Source: Oligoflexia bacterium (lineage in GTDB: Bacteria > Bdellovibrionota > UBA1018 > CAIMNF01). From it: a DNA stretch of 64,000 nucleotides. Of this stretch, positions 63,345 through 64,000 are shown piece after piece (the stretch's first letter is position 1; every line of letters starts with the position of its first letter). Location of the stretch: positions 2,550-66,549 of the forward strand of contig CAIMWN010000250.1 of NCBI GenBank assembly GCA_903845155.1, read 5' to 3'. The notes beneath the pieces are model-generated. The model saw only the letters and a list, made by a program, of their open reading frames with translations, searched no databases and was not told the DNA's origin. The translations under genes were made by a program, and so were the position numbers.

Positions 63345-63821
63345 CTAGACGTACTTGATTGCAACCACAGTGTAGCTAATTTGCCCTTTGGGAGCGTTGA
63401 CTTCAACTTCATCGCCTTCCTTTTTACCGATGAGAGAGCGTGCTACGGGAGAAGTGATGCTAATTTTATTTTTCTTGATGTTGGCTTCATCCACTCCCAC
63501 AATTTGATAGGTGATGGCCTGGCCATTTTCGTCTTCGAGATCTACAGTAGCTCCGAATACAACTTTATCAGATTGAATAGCAGTTTGGTCGATCACTTGA
63601 GCGAGTGCAAATTTCGCATTAATTTCTTGAATGCGCCCTTCAATGAATCCTTGGCGTTCCTTGGCAGCAGAATAATCTGCATTCTCGGATAAATCGCCCA
63701 GCGAGCGAGCAAATTCAATTGCCGCGATTACTTTGGGACGCTCCACTTGGGTGAGGTATTTTACTTCCTCTTCAAGTAGGCGTTTGCCTTCTACAGTCAT
63801 GGGGATTTTGTCGTCTGCCAT
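63345..63821 (-). CDS. greA: Transcription elongation factor GreA
   Basis: 158 aa. Coiled-coil N-terminal domain with GDLSENADYSAAKERQ. C-terminal FKBP-like domain (ISITSPVARSLIGKKEGDEVEV). Confidence 0.95.
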   Translation of the reverse strand: MADDKIPMTVEGKRLLEEEVKYLTQVERPKVIAAIEFARSLGDLSENADYSAAKERQGFIEGRIQEINAKFALAQVIDQTAIQSDKVVFGATVDLEDENGQAITYQIVGVDEANIKKNKISITSPVARSLIGKKEGDEVEVNAPKGQISYTVVAIKYV

Positions 63822-63855
63822 AATCCTTAGAATCTAGCATGGGAAGGGGCTAAAT

Positions 63856-64000
63856 TCAAAGTGAGAAGTCTGGAAACACGGTTCTAGCCGTATTTTGAAG
63901 CTTTTCTCGCGCTTTTTCATCAAGGATTCTGACCCCAAGATCTTTTAGATCAGCTTCGAGATTCTGCGTGTTCAAATTCTGCTTCATTAGGTCTATCAAG
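63856..64000 (-). CDS. 3' end of an unidentified CDS truncated by the window edge
   Basis: The minus-strand frame is open from the window edge for 47 codons (...LIDLMKQNLNTQNLEADLKDLGVRILDEKAREKLQNTARTVFPDFSL) and ends at a TGA (63856-63858), 34 nt upstream of greA. It is too short to identify. Confidence 0.3.
   Translation of the reverse strand, partial: LIDLMKQNLNTQNLEADLKDLGVRILDEKAREKLQNTARTVFPDFSL

Overview
This is a 64-kb chromosomal window, moderately AT-rich by eye and densely coding (about 60 CDS). I recognise no rRNA, tRNA, CRISPR array, transposase, integrase or prophage genes.

**Housekeeping genes.**
- The cell-wall/division (dcw) cluster is split. mraY-murD-ftsW-murG-murC lie on the + strand (10.1-16.3 kb). 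They converge on rsmH-ftsL-ftsI-murE on the - strand (24.3 to 19.5 kb).
- A bfr-like gene, a membrane metallophosphoesterase and ilvA sit between the two halves. mraZ, murF, ddl and ftsQAZ are absent from the window.
- Other housekeeping genes are mnmA, an nrnA-like DHH phosphoesterase, a lone mreB, rlmE, hutU-hutI, recA, mepA plus an amidase, pgpA, recG and greA.

**Accessory content.** Many signal-peptide or lipoprotein genes of unknown function are interleaved with the core genes. So are several secreted hydrolases: a GH46 chitosanase, a DUF867/PghP-like hydrolase, a GP42-type transglutaminase-like protein, an esterase and an alpha/beta hydrolase. The gene content is reminiscent of a Bdellovibrio-like/Oligoflexia-type organism. 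That is inference only and cannot be verified from this window.

**Most notable observations.**
1. A translationally coupled three-gene operon (43.8-48.1 kb) encodes a divergent RelA/SpoT-like nucleotidyltransferase, a Rossmann/flavoprotein-like protein and a multi-cluster Fe-S protein.
2. Two long hairpins upstream of mraY have unrelated stems, but their loops carry the same 24-nt core in opposite orientation. A third, possibly related 38-bp-arm hairpin lies at 48.1 kb.
3. A secreted homologue of the oomycete GP42 transglutaminase carries a Pep-13-like VWNQP motif.
4. A secreted protein is built from seven 23-aa two-cysteine repeats.
5. A lipoprotein of about 2,090 aa has 17 tandem IPT/TIG-like repeats and is co-oriented with a small beta-barrel gene.
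6. A Flp-type pilin with a 4-Cys tail sits back-to-back with a TlpA-like thiol-disulfide oxidoreductase.
7. RecA has a basic Ala/Lys-rich C-terminal tail.

All functional calls come from motif recognition by eye. No database search was run.
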